DNA from: Azolla caroliniana
Lineage: Eukaryota; Plantae; Polypodiophyta
NCBI GenBank assembly: GCA_043228905.1
Contig: JBHGNT010000020.1
Location: forward strand, 1,736,001 to 1,800,000
Reading direction: 5' to 3'
Length of the DNA stretch: 64,000 nt
Under the pieces are notes generated by a model that ran no database searches, was not told the DNA's origin, and saw nothing but the letters and a program-made list of their open reading frames with translations. Of this stretch, positions 1 to 10,538 are shown piece by piece. The position numbers were made by a program, and so were the translations under genes. Each line of letters starts with the position of its first letter. Position 1 is the first letter of the stretch.

Positions 1-729
1 TGTTATCCACTGAGCTACGGCATGCCACAGCTTCCGGCCCTCCTTGCCGTCCTTTCCTCGTACCATGTCGATTGCCGCGCACAAACCGTCTGCAATCAAC
101 ACCGGCCAATCCACCTTGGTCCCTTCATAGGTGGCTATGATCATCCCTGCCCGATTTTTTGGCATGACAGGGGGTCGGGGGTACACGTGGCCGTACTCAT
201 GGAGCACTCGAGCTATCTCCCTGAATAGCGGATCTTCGCCGCCCTGCGTTCGATAGCCTTTGCCGGCAACAGAGTACTCACCGAAATATCGGATGAGTTG
301 CTCCGAGGTTGGGTTATCGATCTGAAAGATACCTCCCTCTGGAAGGCCTGTTAGCGCACGGATCGCTTCCTCGGTGATGACTTCCGTGTCGAGCTCCTTG
401 ATGACCCGGTCGGCTGCTCTGTGCGGTGGTGCCTCCATGATGGTCAAGAACCCATCCAGTCCGTGTTGCCTGAGCCATTTCCTGGCCGCTTCCGACAGCG
501 TTTGTGGTTCCATGTCTGCTTCGAGGTCGAGGAAAGATGGCGAGGTAGAGTGGTGATGAGAGTGAGAGCGAGAGATAGAGAGTTCCGAACGTGGGGGTTC
601 TCTGAGTGCAAGTTCGCGTTTGGTAAGCTTCCACCGCCTTGGTGCTTCTGTGCTTCTTGGCTCGCGAAATGAAAAGGTCTCCATGCGTTCTGCTTCTTCT
701 CTGTGCGTCTTGGCGCCTTTTTCGAGCAT
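1..729 (-). CDS. Extra ORF 3' of integrase in element A (partial, open past window start)
   Basis: Frame open from ATG 729 (internal ATG 513) to base 1: MEPQTLSEAARKWLRQHGLDGFL...ITEEAIRALTGLPEGG...YEGTKVDWPVLIADGL...AVAQWIT. Absent from the ORF track because it has no stop in the window. Motifs resemble accessory ORFs of Athila/Tat elements. Confidence 0.7.
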   Translation of the reverse strand, partial: MLEKGAKTHREEAERMETFSFREPRSTEAPRRWKLTKRELALREPPRSELSISRSHSHHHSTSPSFLDLEADMEPQTLSEAARKWLRQHGLDGFLTIMEAPPHRAADRVIKELDTEVITEEAIRALTGLPEGGIFQIDNPTSEQLIRYFGEYSVAGKGYRTQGGEDPLFREIARVLHEYGHVYPRPPVMPKNRAGMIIATYEGTKVDWPVLIADGLCAAIDMVRGKDGKEGRKLWHAVAQWIT

Positions 730-906
730 GCACACGTCGTGTACCAATTTAGTATTAAGTAGCGTGGCGGCTCTTAAATGCCCACTTCGTACCTTTTCGC
801 TCCTTGCTTTCACGTCCGTTCATACCTCGATTTTTAATGATTTCTTTTTTTCTTTTTCTTTTTTTCTTTTTTTTTTTTAAAAAATTTTAAATGACGGTAT
901 GTGATA

Positions 907-2022
907 TTACACATCCGTAGGTCCCTTCGGACCCTTACCGTTTTCCTTACGGGTTGCCGTGTCTTCCTTCGCCTCTGCTACGGGTTCCCCGTCGTCTTTT
1001 TCTTCCATCCGTACCGTTCCCGGTATAGTGCCGGTGGTCTGCATAAACGGGTTCTTTGGCATCGGTCCTTTATAGGGCTTTAATCTAAATCCGTTGACCC
1101 ACTTGCCTAGTACTTCACCGGCAAGTGTCCCTAACTGATAGGACCCGTTGTATTCCCGTGTCAGCCAATACGGGCCTGTCCATCTAAACCGGAGTTTACC
1201 CGGCATCTTGCCCATCCTTGTTTGGAATACTAGCACCGGCTTTCCGATTTCGAACATCTTTTCATTACCTTTCCGGTGACGGTCAACGAACGCTTTCCGT
1301 CGTCGTTGCTCCAGTTCCATGTGTAGGATGCTGGCCAGCCGTTGCTCCTCCAGTTCGCATAGTGCTGCTAGCCGCATTTCCTCCGACTCCTTTTCATTCA
1401 GCCGTTCCCGTAGTTGGATCCGTAAGCTTGGTACCTGAAACTCCACCGGCATGACCGCCTCTAAGCCGAACGCTAACCGGAACGGCGTTGTCCGGATACT
1501 TGTTTTGTATGCCGTTCGGTACGCCCATAGCGCGCTATGGAGCTTTGTATCCCAGTCCGTCCGGTTTTCATTGACGATTTTGCGAAGAATGTTCTGCAGC
1601 GTTTTGTTGGTGGACTCTGCTAACCCGTTCGCTTGTGGGTAGTACGGTGTGCTCCGTTTATGGACCACGGCATAGAACGTTGTTAAGCTTTCAACTACCT
1701 GGCCGAGGAAGTGCCCTCCTTGGTCGCTAATTAATTCAATCGGACATCCATATCGGCACCAAATGTTCTCGTACAGGAATTTTGTTGTGGATGACGCGGT
1801 ATTGTCTCTCAAGGCCTTAGCCTCCACCCATTTAGTGCAATAATCTGTTGCCACGATGACATAACGATTACCCGTTCTCATTGCCGGTGGTTTGAACGGT
1901 CCGACAAAATCCAACCCCCACTTCTGGAATGGCTCTAGTGGAAGTACCGGTTGGTGTGGCATCCGTGCTTGCTCCGTAGGCTGGCCCATTCGTTGGCATA
2001 GGTCACATTCCTTAGCATACTT
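907..2022 (-). CDS. Gypsy integrase core and GPY/F domain (N-terminal zinc finger partly deleted)
   Basis: KYAKECDLCQR, WGLDFVGP, ISDQGGHF, YYPQANGLAESTNK (DDE), WTGPY. Confidence 0.92.
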   Translation of the reverse strand, partial: KYAKECDLCQRMGQPTEQARMPHQPVLPLEPFQKWGLDFVGPFKPPAMRTGNRYVIVATDYCTKWVEAKALRDNTASSTTKFLYENIWCRYGCPIELISDQGGHFLGQVVESLTTFYAVVHKRSTPYYPQANGLAESTNKTLQNILRKIVNENRTDWDTKLHSALWAYRTAYKTSIRTTPFRLAFGLEAVMPVEFQVPSLRIQLRERLNEKESEEMRLAALCELEEQRLASILHMELEQRRRKAFVDRHRKGNEKMFEIGKPVLVFQTRMGKMPGKLRFRWTGPYWLTREYNGSYQLGTLAGEVLGKWVNGFRLKPYKGPMPKNPFMQTTGTIPGTVRMEEKDDGEPVAEAKEDTATRKENGKGPKGPTDV

Positions 2023-5000
2023 GCTCCGATAGCGATGTCGGAAGCGTCAACGAACACATGAAATTCCTTGCTCCAATCCGGAGGCTGCACGACGGGTGCT
2101 TGCGACAAAAGTACCTTCAGGGCATTGTATGCCTTATCCTCCGTATCCGTCCATTGGAACGGTGTCCGATGTACCGCGGTGTGTAATGGTGTAGCCAAGT
2201 CAGCCAAGTGACGGAGCATCCGGCTGTGCCACCGGATCTGTCCTAAGAGTCGGCTTAGTGCTTTGGCCGTTTTCGGCGCCGGTGCCCCTAGTATCGCGTT
2301 TACTTTGTCCGGGTCGACCGCAATGCCCTCCTTACTTACAATGTGTTCCAGTAAGATTCCACTTGAAACTCCAAAGATGCATTTTGCTGGGTTTAAGCTT
2401 AGCCGGTATAACCTACACTTTTCAAGGCATAACCGTAGGTGCTGCAAATGGTCTTTTCCCCGGCTATAGACTGCAAAATCATCCAGGAAAACCTGCATGA
2501 AGGCAGGAATGTATTCGCCGAAGATCTCCATGATGATTCGCTGGAAAGTTGCTGGTGCCGTTTTTAGGCCGAACATCATTACTTCGGCCACAAATACCCC
2601 CCATTCGGTGACGAACGCTGTCTTCTCCTGGTCGTCAGGGTGCATCCGGATTTGATTGTATCCGCTGAACCCGTCTAGAAAGCTATAAACTTCATGGCCG
2701 GCGACGGCATCCAGTACTCCATCCGTGAACGGAAGAGGGAATGCATCCGTAATTGTGGCTGCATTTAGTTTCCTGTAATCTACACACACGCGGATTTTAC
2801 CGTTCTTCTTTGGGACGACGACGATGGGGCTCAGCCACGTCGCTTTCTTTACCGGCCGGATGAAGCCCACTCTTAGGAGTTTGTCGATTTCCTCCTTCAC
2901 TTTGGCGGCGTAGTTGGGGTTCATTCGGTAACGTCGTTGCGCCACTGGTTTCGCGTCCTTGCCTAAGTGGATCTGATGCTGATATAATTGAGGGTCCAGC
3001 CCTCGCATGTCTTCGTATGACCAGGCGAATACGTCGCGAAACTCCGTGAGAAGTTTGATCATCGCCGCTTTATCTTCCGGCTTCATTTCTTTGGCGATGT
3101 GTACCGGCTTTGATTCATCCTTGCTTCCTAGGTTCACTTCGTCGAGCTGGGATGTTTTTACCCGTTGGGAAACGGCCATTTCTCGTTCCAACGCTTCCTG
3201 TGCTTGCCGTAATTCCCGAATCGAATCTTTGTCTGGTTCGGCTTCGGTTTCGTCCCGCTGCGGCAAGTATGGCGCTACGGCCTCAGCTACGTCAATCTCG
3301 AAGAGTGGTACGATCTTCGGGTGTTCCTCCAAGTACTGGGCTTCTTCGTCGTCTGCCAACCCTTCAAGCATGTTCACGCATTCCGCATATAGCGGTGTGC
3401 ATTCCTTACCGTTGCTCGTCCGTGGTTGTGTCGGTACCCGGACCTTGGCTTTTCCGCGCCGGAAGGTAATCATATTTTTCCGCCAATTTTGCTTGATGTG
3501 TGCTGTTTTCAACCATGGTCTGCCCAGCAACAGTGGGTACGCGCCTTGCGCCTGTAGCTGCAGCACTACAGCCGAGATGTGAAATGTGTGACCTCCTATG
3601 GTGACCTCCAATTTCCGTATTAAGCCCGTCGGCCGTACAGAGCTCGTATCCGCCATCCGTAGCCAGAACGGACATGGCTCCCATTCATGTATACCCAAGG
3701 CATCACACGTGCGGAGGCTTATTACGTTCACCCCGGAACCTCCATCGATTACTGTGCCGTGAAGTTCGTGCCCTTTGACAATAGCTGTAATCACCGGACT
3801 ACTAGTGTCCACCACCGTCGGTCCCTCCTCCGGATTCGAGAAAAGGACTGGTGCCGGTGGGGCTATACCGTCTGTCATGACCGTTTTTAGTCCTTCCGTA
3901 AATCGCGGCACGAGCTGTAAGAGTCTTCCTAATGGCAACGTGATCTGACATTCTTGCAGTGCTTGCCATGTCTCGTTTTCTGGGTGGCTACCGCCGGCAC
4001 TCCCTATGGTATCCGCCTTTTGCCGTTCCGCGTCCGCGACGTTCCTTTCATTGGCTTCCTTCACCCATTCCGTCGCCTGTTTTCGTATGGCCTCTTGTGT
4101 TTCCCACTCTTTGGCCATGCCTTTCGACCGTGTGGTTACTTGCTGTATATCCGCCACTTCCGGAACCACCATATTAACTGCTGGTCGTTTATCGTAGCTC
4201 TTTGCCGGGCACTGGTTACTATAGTGGCCTTCCTGCTTGCAGTAGTAGCAGTACTCTTTCCGGGTATTGCTGGATTCGGCATTGCTGGTAGCCAGAGTCG
4301 GTCCCGTAGTGAGTGGTGCGTTCTGTGCCGGTTGGCTCCTTGGGGTTCCATGTTCCGGGTCCCTAGGGTGACCACCTTTCTTGAAATTACGTTTCTTATT
4401 ATTCTTATTTTTATTTCGGTAGTCCTGTCGTGGTGGATCGTAAAATCGGTCGTAGTCCTCCTGGTGCCTTCGGTAACCAGGGGAATGGTCTCTGTCGTAT
4501 TGCTCGTGTCGTCTGTTGGGCTCCCGATAACGGTCCGATCGCTCATACCGGTCGTAGTTATCATGCTGATCCCCGTATCGGCCATCATTCTCTTGTCTGT
4601 CTCCGTACCGGACATCCTGTGCCGGTCGGTACCGGTTCATTTTTTGCCAACGATCTTCATCTTCGTCTCGGCTGCTTCTTGGCTCGATCCGTCGGACGGG
4701 TGGTGCATGTCGGTTTAACAGGTTATACTCGCACCGGTCCGTTGTATGACTCTTGGATTGACAAATCACACACTGGGTTCGCATGGTGCACTCCACTGCC
4801 GAGTGTTCGGCATTCAAGCAGATTGTGCATTGAATTGCCTGCCGGAACCGGAGATCTTCCTCGGTGGGTAACGCCCGTTGCAGTGTTCCCAGTGTAAGCC
4901 ATGAGCGTGACTTTTCCATTTCTCTGACCCGGTCAATGACCTGGTCAATGGTGCTTCCTCGAAAGTCGATTACCGTACACACCGTGCGTAACGGTTCCCG

Positions 5001-6029
5001 GAGTGCGTTTAAAAATATCGTCCGTAATTCCTCCTCCGGAGGTGCACGGGCAAGCTGGCTATGCATTCGTTGGAAACGGATGACGAATTGGGGAATGCTT
5101 TCCCCTGCCTCCTGTCGGATCGTATAAAACAGGCCCACCATTGTCGTCTGGTCGACCTCCTTGTGGAAAAAATGCAAGAATTTTGCTTTTAATTCTGCAA
5201 AGGTTGTGATGGTCGCCGGGTCCTGCGTCCGCCGCCATCGTGTCGCTGGTCCTTCCAACGTGACCCCGAATTTCGCTATCTTCGAGCGTTCTTCTTCCTC
5301 CGGTGTCATTCGCTGGGACGTGTGATTTGCTTCCCATGTCTGCTCGAAGGCATGAACATGCGCTTCCGCGTCCGGATCATCGCGATACTTTGAGTATTGG
5401 AACGGCATGTCGTCGTCCAGTATTAGGCCGCGGTTTAGTGGCGTTTGTTGATATCTTTTCGGTTTCCTCTCCGGTTCCACTTCCGGTTGTTTTGCCGGTG
5501 CTTTTTCCGGTTCCTCTTCCGGTTCTTTTTCCGGTTCTTTCACCGGCTCGTCTTCGGGTACCTTTGCCGGCTCTTTCGTTGGTGTCGGTGGCTTTGCTTC
5601 TTCCACTTCCGGTGTTGGTGGGTTGACGGCTTCCGTTTGCGGTTCCGGTTCTGGAGTCGGCACGGTATCCGACCCGTCGTCCTCCGGGCCGCCGGGGGTA
5701 TCGTTGCTGCTCCGGTAGTTCGTGTGCACGCTGTAACCCCCTTCGGAATGCGATTCGTAGGCTGAAAAGGCTTCTGCCTCGTTTTCTCCGCTTGCCAGCG
5801 CCTCGAGGAGGCGTTCGGTTTCCCGGAGACTACTTAGACTGCTTCCTTCGTCCTGGTCGCGAGTTTGCTGTAACCGAAGAGATTCCTCTGCGACTCTCCG
5901 GATCTCGTTGGAGAACGAACGATCCGAGCGAATTTCGTGCGCTGCTTGCTGGAAAGTCTCACGCCGTCTTTGCCGTTCGGCGAGGCGTCGAGCTCGGTCT
6001 GTAACCAGGTCGTGCGTTGGTTTCGTCAT
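1935..6029 (-). CDS. Gag-protease-RT-(truncated RNase H) polyprotein of element A
   Basis: 1364 aa ORF: three CX2CX4HX4C knuckles, protease VIDGGSG...LLGRPW, RT LDGFSGYNQI/MFGLKTAP/VFLDDF, RNase H start VFVDASDIAIG then out of frame. Confidence 0.93.
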   Translation of the reverse strand: MTKPTHDLVTDRARRLAERQRRRETFQQAAHEIRSDRSFSNEIRRVAEESLRLQQTRDQDEGSSLSSLRETERLLEALASGENEAEAFSAYESHSEGGYSVHTNYRSSNDTPGGPEDDGSDTVPTPEPEPQTEAVNPPTPEVEEAKPPTPTKEPAKVPEDEPVKEPEKEPEEEPEKAPAKQPEVEPERKPKRYQQTPLNRGLILDDDMPFQYSKYRDDPDAEAHVHAFEQTWEANHTSQRMTPEEEERSKIAKFGVTLEGPATRWRRTQDPATITTFAELKAKFLHFFHKEVDQTTMVGLFYTIRQEAGESIPQFVIRFQRMHSQLARAPPEEELRTIFLNALREPLRTVCTVIDFRGSTIDQVIDRVREMEKSRSWLTLGTLQRALPTEEDLRFRQAIQCTICLNAEHSAVECTMRTQCVICQSKSHTTDRCEYNLLNRHAPPVRRIEPRSSRDEDEDRWQKMNRYRPAQDVRYGDRQENDGRYGDQHDNYDRYERSDRYREPNRRHEQYDRDHSPGYRRHQEDYDRFYDPPRQDYRNKNKNNKKRNFKKGGHPRDPEHGTPRSQPAQNAPLTTGPTLATSNAESSNTRKEYCYYCKQEGHYSNQCPAKSYDKRPAVNMVVPEVADIQQVTTRSKGMAKEWETQEAIRKQATEWVKEANERNVADAERQKADTIGSAGGSHPENETWQALQECQITLPLGRLLQLVPRFTEGLKTVMTDGIAPPAPVLFSNPEEGPTVVDTSSPVITAIVKGHELHGTVIDGGSGVNVISLRTCDALGIHEWEPCPFWLRMADTSSVRPTGLIRKLEVTIGGHTFHISAVVLQLQAQGAYPLLLGRPWLKTAHIKQNWRKNMITFRRGKAKVRVPTQPRTSNGKECTPLYAECVNMLEGLADDEEAQYLEEHPKIVPLFEIDVAEAVAPYLPQRDETEAEPDKDSIRELRQAQEALEREMAVSQRVKTSQLDEVNLGSKDESKPVHIAKEMKPEDKAAMIKLLTEFRDVFAWSYEDMRGLDPQLYQHQIHLGKDAKPVAQRRYRMNPNYAAKVKEEIDKLLRVGFIRPVKKATWLSPIVVVPKKNGKIRVCVDYRKLNAATITDAFPLPFTDGVLDAVAGHEVYSFLDGFSGYNQIRMHPDDQEKTAFVTEWGVFVAEVMMFGLKTAPATFQRIIMEIFGEYIPAFMQVFLDDFAVYSRGKDHLQHLRLCLEKCRLYRLSLNPAKCIFGVSSGILLEHIVSKEGIAVDPDKVNAILGAPAPKTAKALSRLLGQIRWHSRMLRHLADLATPLHTAVHRTPFQWTDTEDKAYNALKVLLSQAPVVQPPDWSKEFHVFVDASDIAIGASMLRNVTYANEWASLRSKHGCHTNRYFH

Positions 6030-6066
6030 CCATTAAGCCGTCGTTCGCTGCGGGAAAGTAGGAATC

Positions 6067-6076
6067 GTGGTCGCCA
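6067..6076 (-). promoter_or_regulatory. Primer-binding site of element A (probably tRNA-Arg)
   Basis: TGGCGACCAC on the minus strand a few bases inside the 5' LTR; tRNA identity from recalled 3' end GTGGTCGCCA, not checked. Confidence 0.6.
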
Positions 6077-6082
6077 AAACTG

Positions 6083-6501
6083 TGTTATTCTCTGACCGGA
6101 CAAGGCCTAACACAAGGTGTCACGGAGACACTTCACCAAAGGGTGATTACGGCATAGGATTATGACTCAACGATTACACCGACTTACGTAAGTTACACGA
6201 TTAGAGCGCTTTCGTTAATTACACGCGTAAGATATAACAGTAAGTACAGAACGGAAATCAACACAGAAGTATAAACACCATATGCTCTATTAATTATCCG
6301 CTGCGATTACAATGGGGTCCGGGCCTTTAAATAGGTTTCTGGCCCGTAGTACAAAACGGTGCATATCGCACCTATTCGGGATCCGTCCGGATCTGGAACG
6401 GCATACCGTTTCCAGTCCGTCCGTCCATACTATGCTTATTTACAACCACACTTAATTAATTCCTTCACTCCGTATTTTGGACTCCTTGCCGGCCGGTAAC
6501 A
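6083..6501 (-). repeat. 5' LTR of element A
   Basis: TGTTA...TAACA termini; colinear similarity to solo LTR 10103-10538. Confidence 0.9.
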
Positions 6502-6915
6502 GCTATATTTGTAAATAGCCGAAAAGTCATATTAGTATAAATATGACTTAGGGCAAACTTTTTAGTTGTTGCTGTTGTCATTTTTCTTGTTGGTGCAAGA
6601 AGAAGAGAGAGTGCGTAACTGTACAGAGAGAGAGAGAGACGAGGTTGTTGCCTCTGTTGTAACCGCCGCCTGTGGCGAAGAGCGTGAGTCCGAGGTAGTT
6701 GCCTCCGTGAACTCACTGTTTTGTACATTCATACATGGTGACAGTTTGTAGCTTGTGGGCTACCGTGGTTTTTCCCCCTAGTTTGGGGTTTTCCACGTAA
6801 ACCTCCTGTGTATCTTTCTCCTCTTTGTGGCGTGTTCTATTTCCCGTTTTCTGTGTATGAAAAGAATCTCGGTTGTGGCCGAGCGTTGCACATAAGGAAC
6901 GATCAGTTCTCGACA
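6502..6915 (+). mobile_element. Right part of a third LTR (element C), interrupted by element A and itself inserted in the integrase of element B
   Basis: Non-coding segment ending ...CTCGACA exactly where the element B integrase frame (CDECQRFKHPLK) loses similarity; contains GTGGTTTTTCCCC...GGGGTTTTCCACGTAAA typical of plant LTR U5 regions. Confidence 0.6.
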
Positions 6916-9900
6916 CTTTTAGCGGGTGTTTGAAACGTTGGCACTCGTCACAACGACGTACGTACGCGTATGTGTCTTTGAAGAGTGTTGGCCACCATAG
7001 GCCGGACTGAAGGATCTTGCGCGCAATGGTCTCGTGATTGAAATGACCACTTCCGCCCCCGCAATGAGCTTGTTCGAGGGTGGTGACAACATCATGGTCT
7101 GTTATACACCTCCGAAGTAGATCGTCATTACCCCGACGGTACAGATTGCCTCGGAGCATCGTGAAGGGGCCACATTTCTTTAGCAAGGCACGCGCGTGTG
7201 TTCGTGGTAGTTGTTTTAGGAAGGACGCTCCTTCGGTTAGGACGCGAACTATGTTTGATGCCCATGCTGGTACGGTATCGATCGCAAATAATGTTGCATC
7301 TGGTGTTTCATCATCGACCCTAGTGGCTTCTTCTCTGTTGGGAATCCGGGAGAAATGATCGGCGAGTACATGGTCTTTCCCTTTTCTCACTACTACCTTG
7401 AAGTCGAATTCGAATAACATTACGATCCATCGTGAGATGCGTCCAGTGGCATGAGTTTTGTTTACTAAGTAGAGTAGGGCCTGATGGTCTACAAAAAACG
7501 AGAACCGGGACGCCAACAGGTAGTGGCGGAATTTCTTTACGCTGTAGACCATGGCCAAAGTCTCCCGTTCCGTCGTGGAGTAATTTCGTTCCGCGGCATT
7601 TAGCTGGCAACTAGCGAAGGTGACCGGTAGGTCGAGTGCCCCTTCACCAGGTTGGGCTAGCACTGCACCAATCGCGAAGGCGGAAGCGTCGGTGTGCACG
7701 TGGAATTCTTTGGTCCAGTCGGGAGGCCAGAGGATGGGGGCCTTAGTTAGGCACTCTTTCAAGAGCTAGAAGGAGTGTGTGCATTCCTCTGTCCACACGA
7801 ACTGCTTTAATAGGGAGTAGAGTGGTCTAGCCTTGTCCGCGAACATCTTAATGAAGCGTCTATAGTAACCCGCATATCCCATGAACCCTTGTAGTTGTTT
7901 CTCATTCGTGGGGGGTGGCATGTCGAGGATGAGTTTTACTTTTGCCTCGTCGGTCGAGATCCCGTGGCGGGACACGACGTGTCCTAATATTATTCCGTGC
8001 TTGACCCAGAACTGACACTTGAGCAGGTTGAGAAAGAGTTGATAGGTTCTGCATTTTTCGAACGTCAAACGGAGTAGCCCCAAGTGGTCATGCCATTTCG
8101 AATTGCAACATAAGTCGTCAACATAAGACTCCACCCCTTGGCGTAACCTTGCGGCAAAGATATGGTCCGCTGCTCTTTGGTAGGTGCTCAAGGCGCTCGT
8201 GAGTCCAAAAGGCATCTGTTTATACACGAACGTACCAAATTCCGTGGCGAAAGCCGTCTTGTGTTGATCCCGTCGATGAACCCATCGATGAAGCTATACG
8301 CTTCCGCTCCCGCGGTTCTTTCGAGTAAATGTTCGATGTAGGGTATCGGGTAATTGTCCTTGATAGTGGCTTCGTTAACTTGGCGGTAGTCTACACATAT
8401 GCGGATCTGACCGTTTTTCTTTGGGACGACCACAATTGGGGAGACCAAAGTAGTTCGTTCGATTGGGTAGATAATGCCTGCAGCTAACATTTTGTTGATT
8501 TCGGCTTTCACTTGTTGGGCGTAGTTAGGATTCATTGGACGTGGCCTTTGCCGGATTGGGCGGGCGTCGGCTAGCATGGGGATACTATGTGTGACGACCT
8601 CGGCTGGGACTCCCTTCATGTCGACGTATGACCATGCAAACACGTCGCTAAATTCTGTGAGGAGAGTGATCAAGGACGCCTCCTCGTCCGGTTGGAGATC
8701 CGTAGCTATGAACACCGATTTAGAGTCTGCCCCTTTCCCAAGGTTGATTTCTTTCACCCTTGCTGGTCCATCGTATACTTCTCCTAGGCCTTGGGGGTTG
8801 CGTTGCGGTCTCTTACAAGCCACTGCCCTACTCCCTTGTTCATAGAGTTTGAAGTGCTCTGGGAAGTCCGCTTCCGTCACCGCCTCTTGAGTGGTCGTGA
8901 CGTCACCTGGACGTGTGACTCGTTGTACCCGTTCTTCGTCCTCTATGTCTACGTCTTTTCGTCGGGGACCTAGGGTGGTAACGTTGAAGCACGAGATTGT
9001 CTCTCCATTCTCGTCACAACACTTTGTACCTATAGGGTACATTGCGTCGGTTGTGGCGAGAGCGTGCATCCAATTCATTTCTGACGTCTCGGAGGTGACG
9101 GATTGGTCGTCTCTCTCACGTGTGTTCTCCTCTTTGGAAGTGGTGGGGCTTCGAGGAAAGTGTTGGCCTCTGGTCAAGAGTTGAACTGTCTTCGTGGGGT
9201 TGCACCCTAGGAGGTTGGTCTCGTCTCGAACTCAGTGGTTTCTAACCAATCGTCTACGAGAGGGCTGCCTTCTTGTTCATGCACTTTTTGTGTGTACGCT
9301 TTGATGCGAAAGGTTTTGTTGTCCTTTCGCATATAGATTATATCGTTCCCAAAATCCATGACTAGGCGGCTTATACGTAGGAATGGTCTTCCTAGTAAGC
9401 ACTCGTAGGCTACATGGTTGGACGATCTTGTGACAACGAAGGTGAGATTGAACTCCACTCCGTGTATAGTGAAGTGATGCGAAGGAATCATGCCTTCCGG
9501 TCTTTGGATGGACCCGTCTGCCATTCGTAGTTTGACCTCGGAAGGCATCATTTTTGGGCTCCCCCACTTACACCAACATTCGTAACTGACGATACTTACC
9601 CCTGCTCCGGTGTCAATGATGGCATCACACGTCTTACCATTGACACAGACTGGTAGAGTGAAACTAGTGTCGTCGCTCTCAAAGTGGGCTTCGTGGACAT
9701 CGATCGGCGGTCCTTCGGGTTGTTTGAGGACTGTGGACGTGCGAGGAGTGTGGGTGTGTATCCCTTCACCATATCCCGCCGATAGGCCACCATTGAGGCG
9801 TCGAAGGACGTCATGCCACGGTTGAACGTCGAGTTTGAGTAGTTCTTCGAGCGTGAACTCTATTTCTTTGGCGAGTAGTGGTCGTAGCAGGGGGTTGTCG

Positions 9901-10102
9901 GTGGTGAAGGTGCCAATGTAGCTCTGCACTTCGCGTAATGTGAGTCGCAATCTTAAATTTAAGATTTGTTGGAGTAGAGTTGTGTTGATCTCTTTGATCG
10001 AGGTAGGATGGCAAACGAGGGTGTCGGTTGGTGTGACGAAGGGGGGAGGTGAGGGGTTTACCCATTCTTCTAGTTGCTCGAAGTTTAAGCTGGGGAGGCT
10101 AA
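6916..10102 (-). pseudogene. Disrupted pol of element B (protease, RT, RNase H, integrase zinc finger)
   Basis: IIDTGAG, ICVDYRQVN, MPFGL, SYVDDL, HTDASAFAIGA, H...H...CDEC, split by stop/frameshifts near 9190, 8280 and 7765. Confidence 0.9.
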
Positions 10103-10538
10103 TGTTAACTCTTCGGGCCGGACAATGGCCTAACACAGGGTGTCTACGGGAGACACTTCACCAAAGGGTGTTACGGCAACCGGATTAGACTTCAACGCTT
10201 AATCCTACTTGGTTAAGTTACTTATTATGATCGTCTTTCATAACACACGCGTAAGATATAACAATTAAGACAGAACGGCAATTAACACAAAAAGATAACA
10301 ACACTTAAGCTTTCATTAATTAACCGCTAACTATTACATTGTATCTAGGCCTTTAAATAGGTTTCCGGTCTGTATTACAAAACGGTGCCATCCGCACCTG
10401 TTCGGGATCGGTCCGGATCCGGAACGGCATACCGTTTCCGGTCCGTCCGTCCACACTCATAGCTTAATTACAACCACCTTCCTACTACTTAATTAGCTCT
10501 CCGTTTCCCACTCTGGACTCCTTTGCCGGCCGGTAACA
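10103..10538 (-). mobile_element. Solo LTR of the element A family
   Basis: TGTTA...TAACA, similar along its length to 6083-6501, perfect 5-bp TSD GCTAA (10098-10102 and 10539-10543), no internal domain. Confidence 0.92.

Larger units (their letters stand above)
1..6501 (-). mobile_element. Ty3/Gypsy LTR retrotransposon A (non-chromovirus, Athila/Tat-related), 3' end outside window
   Basis: 5' LTR 6083-6501 (TGTTA...TAACA), adjacent PBS, gag-PR-RT-RH ORF then integrase (Gypsy domain order), no chromodomain after the GPY/F motif, extra ORF downstream of integrase. Confidence 0.93.

Noticed and set aside
314-733. Listed 139 aa minus-strand ORF
   Set aside because: Shadow frame of the longer ORF that runs off the window start and has more protein-like content
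6713-6915. C-terminal 67 aa of ORF 6713-7762 as a novel integrase tail
   Set aside because: Read-through into the inserted LTR C, not element B coding sequence
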